Shown: one piece after another, positions 56,643 through 64,000 of the stretch | Layout: every line of letters begins with the position of its first letter | Position numbering within the stretch: position 1 is the first letter of the stretch | Assembly: GCA_951406725.2 (NCBI GenBank) | Contig: OX597828.1 | Location: 50,344,001-50,408,000 of the forward strand | DNA length: 64,000 bases | Origin: Octopus vulgaris | Taxonomy: Eukaryota | Direction: 5' to 3' | Notes under the pieces: generated by a model | Told to the model about the DNA's origin: nothing | The model's database searches: none | What the model saw: the letters and a program-made list of their open reading frames with translations, nothing else | Program-made: the position numbers and the translations under genes

Positions 56643-56839
56643 CAAATAAGAAAATGAAGAAACAAATTTAGTTTGTTCATCAACTTTCGGATATTATAAT
56701 GCTGGATTATTTATTCATTTAACAAGATGAGAACATCAATAGCATAGAAATATATCCTATAATTCAATACATATAAGATATAAGATAAGAATACAAATTA
56801 TAAAAGTCAAAATATAAATTGATAAAATCCTTATAATCA

Positions 56840-56970
56840 CTTCTTACAGCTGTTTCAGCCTATGGCTAAAAGTAGATAATTTTATTTTCATTGCCTATAC
56901 TCATACTGAGGTTGTAGGCATATAAAAATAGAGTACTTATATAAATAACCATAGGCCTCGTCAGAGGTTA
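56840..56970 (-). ncRNA. Hammerhead motif with intact core and ~100-nt stem II
   Basis: Minus: CTGACGA g gcctatgg ... ccataggc t GAAA cagctg TA ag. Confidence 0.7.
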
Positions 56971-57095
56971 TACGGAACTTTAAAAATATCAATATTAATA
57001 CATTAAACATGATACACGTATTATTTAATATATATAAAAAAAATAAACAAATATCAAAATAGCCATATACATATACATATACACACACACACACG

Positions 57096-57173
<78 letters not shown>

Positions 57174-57175
57174 CA

Positions 57176-58075
57176 AGTGAGATCATCCAGAACAAAGAAC
57201 AACAGATGAAACGTTCGGTAGAGCACTACTACGAACTGTGTGCCGGAGAAAACAAAGTTATCAAAGATGCCCTGGACGCCATTGTGTGCTGGCCAGTCCT
57301 TGAGGAACTTGACAACGAACCATCACTTGAAGAGCTCACTGAAACGCTCTAGTCAGTTGCCTGTGGCAAACCACCTGGCAGGGATGCCATCCCTGAGGAG
57401 GTCCTGAAATGCTGTTCGGCGGTTGCCATCCATGGGGTGAATGCAATCCTGTGTCTCGGCTGGAAGAGGGGAGAAGTACCACAAGACACGAGGGATGCAG
57501 ACGTCGTCACGCAGTATAAGAACAAAGGTGACAAGGGCGACTGCTGCAACTATCGTGGTATCTCTCTCTTAAGTATCATTGACAAATTGTTTGCTAGAGT
57601 TGTACTGAAGAGGCTTCAAGTTCTCGCTGAGAGAATCTATCCGGGATCCCACTGTGGCTTCCGTGCTAACAGATCCACCATCGACATAGTCTTCTTTCTC
57701 AGGCAGCTACAGGAGAAATGCAGAGAACAACAACAACAGTCTCTGTACTTCGCATTCATAGACCTGACAAAGGCCTTTGACTTAGCAGGGAGGACCTCTT
57801 TTCCATCCTCCACAGCAGTGAGTGCCCACCCCGACTCCTCAGTATCCTAAAGCCTTTTCCCGAAGACATGAAAGGTACTATTTGTTTTCGATGGTTCAAC
57901 ATCAGATGCCTTCAACATCTAAAGTGGGTTGAAGCAGGGATGGGTTCTCGCCCCAACCCTCTTTGATATTTTCTTTGCTGTCCTCCTGAAACACGCCTTC
58001 GGTTCATCCACAGAAGGCATCTATCTTCGCACCAGGTCGGATGGGAAGCTGTCTAACTTAAACAGACACAAAGCC
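57176..58075 (+). pseudogene. RTE/BovB-like LINE reverse transcriptase fragment
   Basis: GKPPGRDAIPEE, YKNKGDKGDCCNYRGISLLS, CGFRANRSTID, RQLQEKCREQ, FIDLTKAFD, GLKQGWVLAPTLF; stops and frameshifts present. Confidence 0.9.
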
Positions 58076-58499
58076 ATATCGTGTGCCTGAAAAATTAACC
58101 CCGTGGACGCCGTCCATCAGTAGTCAATAATGAAATATTGAAATACACAGTGGAAGCTAATCTTAGGACTACTGTTCGAGCTCTTCTCAATAAGTTAAAG
58201 ATTTCGTTTTTGCAGTTTGCTCTTTTCTTTTTGTGCGAAATGAACGGGGATCTGCTATGAAAAATGAGTCCTTCATGACAACAGCAAAAGATCTTTGCAA
58301 TAGCTAGATGCTGAAGAGCCACCTGAACACTTTTCACTCTCTTTACATTCCACAAAGTTTATGGTTACTGCTTCGTGCTACTGTCGAGGAATCAGCCATT
58401 ATTCGTTTCTGTAGCCAAGAGAGACATTAACATCTTACTCCTAGTGTCAGCAAAGTGAGGAAATGAATTCTAAATTAGGCAGGAAGCACCAAGTATAAG

Positions 58500-58750
58500 C
58501 ATGACTATGGCTGACCCCCACCATCGAAATCAGACCAAATCAAAGTTACAGTAGCTTAATTATGAAATATTAGATCGTTATCCACCATCTCCAGACTTTT
58601 CGCCGACAGACTATTATTATCTTGCTATCTTGAACTTTTCAACCATTACGAAAAGTATGAAAGTAGTGATAACAGCATTTGAACGATTTATAGCTTCAAA
58701 TATATTGGGGAAAAAGTTATTGAATCTAATGCAATCTATTTTGATTAATA
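58500..58750 (+). pseudogene. Highly decayed mariner transposase C-terminus
   Basis: LNYEILDRYPPSPDFSPTDYY...KVIESNAIYFD*. Confidence 0.55.
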
Positions 58751-59375
58751 AATAAGGATTATATATAGTGTTTTCTTATTAATTTCTAAGGGGCTATTTC
58801 GTATGTGAGATTTTCTTACTTCTCTGCTTCAGTTTATTAAACATCTTTTAAAATTGTATTTTCAAACCTTCTTTCATACATATTTCCACTCGTGCGGTAC
58901 GTTACAACTTCACTTTGTTATATATATATATATATATACATATGTATATCAATAATAACAAAGGGTAAAATTAATTAATTAAGAAGAAATCAATAATTTC
59001 ACGAAGTAGAAATTATATATATATATAAATATATATATAGGGAGAGAGACTGAGAGGGAGAGAGAGAAAGAGACAGACAGATGGAAAAAGAAAAAAATGG
59101 AGTATCGTTTATCATTTAGTTGAACAAAGAAAAATATGAAGTTATTTGGAGTAACAAAGATGGCGTCCATTTACTGGAATCGGTGTCCTTATGGTGCACT
59201 TTTATTATGATAAACTGTAGTTAACTTGTGTTTGCTTTGAAAAGAGTCTCTGCTTTGTTTTAAAGAATATTATTTAAGAACATATTATTAGGAAGAATAT
59301 ATCTTATCTATAGATTCAGTTTAGTCTTTTCCTACTTTTGTCTATTCATATTTACATAGGTATGTGTGGTGTGTC

Positions 59376-59434
<59 letters not shown>

Positions 59435-59483
59435 ATAAGTATATACATATGTGCATATATGTGTATATAAATGTATATATATA

Positions 59484-59518
<35 letters not shown>

Positions 59519-59539
59519 TCATATATATGTACAGATATA

Positions 59540-59565
59540 TGTATGTATGAATACGTGTGTATATA

Positions 59566-59621
<56 letters not shown>

Positions 59622-59697
59622 CATATATATGACATATATACATACCTGAATACATACATATTCGTATATCTATACACACATGCATACATACATGTTC

Positions 59698-59732
<35 letters not shown>

Positions 59733-60003
59733 TATTTATATAACATATACATACATATATGCATACATGCATACATACCTTTTCGTATATGTATACATAC
59801 ATGCATATATACATACATACATATATACATACATATACACATACATACATACATACATATATATATATGTATATATATACATGTGTATACATACGTGCAT
59901 ACATATACATACATATATATATATATACATATATATGACATATATACATACATGAATACATACATATTCGTATATCTATACACACATGCATACATACATG
60001 TTC

Positions 60004-60042
<39 letters not shown>

Positions 60043-60152
60043 ACATATACATACATATATGCATACATGCATACATACCTATTCGTATATGTATACATAC
60101 ATGCATATGTACACACATACATACATATATACATACATATATACATATATAC

Positions 60153-60183
<31 letters not shown>

Positions 60184-60205
60184 CATGTGTATACATACGT
60201 ACATA
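59540..60205. repeat. ~306-bp tandem duplication inside a TA/CA field
   Basis: GACATATATACATAC(C/A)TGAATACATACATATTCGTATATCTATACACACATGC occurs at ~59631 and ~59937. Confidence 0.8.
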
Positions 60206-60858
60206 CATATATGGTTACTGCTCCATCTTCACAGAAGACTGCTGTATTTCAGTATTGTCAGTAATATTTCTGACTTTACATGTCTTGTCCATGACTGCTC
60301 AGATGACAGTTCAATCATGCAGCGGATTCGTGTTGCTTGAAACATTGACGTCAGACGAAAATTGTAACTTGCACAAGGTTCATGAGGTTACTTTGTATGA
60401 TAAGGTGTTCCCCCACATCAAAGTTACATACAATTTTGCTTTGAAGTTGAACCTTCTCACTGGCTAGGTCTACACATGTCGACACTTTTACGCCGACATA
60501 GAGCTCCAATAAATTGAATGATAAATGAATTCACCATAAAGAGATGTCTGTACCTCATTGGAATATTTTGATAAAACCTTGAGCAGCACGTGTACCAATC
60601 TATGTATCTTCGTGGTTAGTACCTGGTGACAGGCGGAAGAGAGATGACTTACAGAAAACTGCAGGTTTTAGATCAAAGTTTCCCGTTTCCTATAAGGATG
60701 TCGTGACAATTGCTAGGAGTTCAATGCTCCCAGTGGTTTCAACGAGCGTTTCTCAAGTATTGCCTTTTCATCCTGCAGAGTGTCCAATATAAATCTCCCT
60801 CTTACCAGCTTGGTAGTATTGCAGGTCTAATTACCAAATGCTCGACCATGGTGGAGGT

Positions 60859-60905
<47 letters not shown>

Positions 60906-60907
<2 letters not shown>

Positions 60908-61217
60908 CAACAATTGAGGAACGGCTTCGATAGGCCATTCAACCCACTAGAAAGAGCAGCCAGGACTCAAACCGCCAAGTAGTAGTAATTCAGAAATTAA
61001 AGGAAAATTAAAAAACATTTACTCTATTCATCTTTAGACAATGCATTATTTCGCGTTTTTATAAAACGTCGAAACAATGCATTGCCTACAGATGAATAGA
61101 GTAAATGTTTTTTAATTTTCCTTTAATTTCTGAATTACTACTACTTGGCGGTTTGAGTCCTGGCTGCTCTTTCTAGTGGGTTGAATGGCCTATCGAAGCC
61201 GTTCCTCAATTGTTGTT
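60906..61217. repeat. ~312-bp near-perfect palindrome
   Basis: Arms are reverse complements, centred at ~61061; TA repeats on both sides. Confidence 0.95.
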
Positions 61218-61308
61218 GAATTTATATATATAGTCTCTGACTATTTTCTCTTTCTCACTAGACCGCTGGTGGCGAAAAAATTTCCATTGAATTTTTTGCT
61301 ACCCTATT

Positions 61309-61383
<75 letters not shown>

Positions 61384-61785
61384 CATACATACATACATAC
61401 ATACATACACACATACTTACATATATATATATATATGTATTTATATACATACATATATATGCATGTACATATGTATCATGTTTGTTTACACATTCACACA
61501 TACACACGCACACACATACATATTTAATCATTTTTGTTTAACAATAATACACTACGAAAGTATAGAGCAACCCATCAGGTTAATATAAAATTGTTTTATT
61601 ATAACTGAACATAAAAATAAACATTAACATTAATATATGTGTAAAATGTTATATCAAATTAAAAATTAAATTTTGTGGATGAACAAGTCTCCGTTCTCTA
61701 TATTATTATTAATATATATATAAATATATAATAAATAATATATATGTATCTATATATATATATTACAAAGGATACATATATATGT

Positions 61786-61833
<48 letters not shown>

Positions 61834-61919
61834 AATAAATATTATATATATATATATAATATATATATATATATTTAAAAAAGGAGATGTGGAACACGAG
61901 TTGTGATATATAAAAAAAG

Positions 61920-62230
61920 AAAATGAAGAAAATACTGACAAAATAAATTAAGTAAGGGAGAGTGTATTTAATTAGGTGAAAGTTATTTTTACCGGTTGCG
62001 CATTTGTTATGCTTATCAAAAGATATATTTTTAAGAGAGATAGAGTTCCTTTCGGATAGATTTTTTCTCTTATCTGATAAGAGAAAAAATCTATCAGAAA
62101 GGAAATCTATCTCTCTTAAAAAAATATCTTTTGATAAGCATAACAAATGCGCAACCGGTAAAAAGAACTTTCACCTAATTAAATACACTCTCCCTTACTT
62201 AACTTATTTTGTCAGCATTTTCTTCATTTC
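61920..62230. repeat. ~311-bp near-perfect palindrome
   Basis: Centre TTATC-T-GATAA at 62075; near-identical ORFs on both strands in the track confirm the symmetry. Confidence 0.95.
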
Positions 62231-62939
62231 CTTCATATATATATATATATATATTTACACACACACACCAACAGTAAACAACATGAAATACGAAAACAAA
62301 TAAGTTATATATGCTAACAACGGGAGAAAGAATGGAAAGCAGGACAAATAACACGAAGAACGACACTTCATCTGTTGTCGGCTGCTTATCTACTCCTCAT
62401 TTTGAGCATTGAACGACAATATGAGTCTTCGAAGACAGTTGCTCCCATTAATATCTAAATACAATTTTGGATTTATGGAGGGTCAGGGTTGGGAACAGTG
62501 GAGACGTACAAGGAAACCGAACGAAAACAAACATGGAGGGTCGTTAGACCAGAACGAGGGTAAAATAGCGAATGCTGGAGAAATATTTTCTTTGAAAAGA
62601 GAAAAGATACAAGGGAGGGAAAACGTCCAGTCCTTTGTACGTCTTGGAGGAAAAGCAAGATGGTCACGTGAGGAAAAGAACGATGGACGCTGATCCCGTG
62701 TGAGTAACGAGAGGGAGAGAGAGAGAGAGAGAGAGATAAAACAGCGGAGGGGACAAAAAGGTAATTAGAGAAGGATGGGGAAGGAAACAGTATAGAGTAG
62801 AGCCGCATCAAAAAAGGTTAAGATATACTATCTTGGAAATGGATGCGTAGCGTTTAGTTAAATAATACGGTGGTGCCCCAGCATGGCCGCGGCCTTCGGG
62901 CTAAAACATTTTTAAGGATTTAAGGATATATATATATAA

Positions 62940-62984
<45 letters not shown>

Positions 62985-63197
62985 ATATATAAATATAAAT
63001 ATATATGTATATATGTATATATATATATAATGTATGTATATATGCATTTGTGTGTCTGTGTTTGTCATCCCATCATCGCTCGACAACAGATGTTGGCGTG
63101 TTTATGTCCTCGTAACTTAGCCTGGGATCGATTTGCTTGACTTAAGGCGGTGCCCCAGCATGGTCGCGCTGAAATGACTGAAACAAGTAATAGAAAA

Positions 63198-63229
<32 letters not shown>

Positions 63230-63875
63230 GTAACCGCACATTTTTCGCGGATCATCCCAGTCAAAAGGTCGTTGACCTTACTATGTTTTCTTGGTGACAG
63301 ATCCTGCAGCATAAATACCACCTACATACAGGATTGGCCTTTCATCCTCATAACGTAGGCAGATATCCAGATATTTATATAGCTTACAATCTCCAATATA
63401 TAACAATATATATATATCCATTTTCACACGTTGGAAGTCGTCATAAAATTGCTATTTATAGAAACTGTCAGCTAAAGTAAACTAAACTATAGTTATTCCA
63501 GATATTGATTAAATGTTTTCTTAACAGGAATTTTAAACGTTCATTAGATAAATACGGTCTGCAGATTTGAAAAGTTAAATTCAACCGGGAGATATTTATA
63601 TATCTCCTATTTATAAACTGTCTGTCGATATACAGTATTCTATTGAATGTAGACAGAGGTTAACTAGACACGCGTACACACAATACAATCGGTAGATACT
63701 GAGAAAGGAAACTTGTAGATATACACTAGATAGTCACTGCTAAAAGACATTGAATAGAGAGATACAATCAATACAACTGATGAACAGTGAATCTGTAAGA
63801 TGTTGACACCATCCAATTGTTTATTCAATTGTTTAGCACTATCCAACTTCGAGTTGATTTTTATTCTTTTTTTTT

Positions 63876-64000
63876 TATTCTTTTACTTGTTTCAGTCATT
63901 TGACTGCGGCCATGCCGGAGCACCGCCTTTAGTCGAGCAAATCAACCCCGAGACTTATTCTTTGTAAGTCCAGTACTTATTCTATCGGTCTCTTTTGCCG
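63876..64000 (-). mobile_element. Family B SINE 3' end (runs off the window)
   Basis: CTTGTTTCAGTCATTTGACTGCGGCCATGC; other partial copies at ~18860-18940 and ~63045-63198. Confidence 0.8.

Noticed and set aside
62355-62440. Permuted hammerhead-like arrangement on the minus strand
   Set aside because: Both core segments are mutated (CAGATGA, CAAAA), so it cannot be supported.

Overview
AT-rich, repeat-dominated eukaryotic DNA with no host gene that I can support. The SINE families and microsatellite load suggest an octopus/cephalopod genome (inference). Nearly all ORFs in the track are translated microsatellites. The real coding remnants are transposon-derived: Penelope-like retroelements (RT + GIY-YIG; one stop-free at 13.1-14.4 kb), R4/Dong-type restriction-like-endonuclease LINE fragments embedded in (TAA)n, RTE and CR1 LINE fragments, mariner remnants, and a decayed Chapaev3-like transposon with a nested Helitron. 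There are also Tigger/piggyBac-type MITEs and many tRNA-derived SINEs. Three patterns stand out: (i) about eight unrelated minimal type-I hammerhead-ribozyme motifs, most with a palindromic stem III and several in Penelope tails; (ii) two ~310-bp near-perfect fold-back palindromes and one ~85-bp-arm inverted repeat whose centres carry hammerhead-like half-sites; (iii) a ~550-bp non-coding element with fixed ends, found four times and always in (TAA)n, twice directly beside Dong-type sequence. All calls were made by eye and coordinates are approximate to a few bp.
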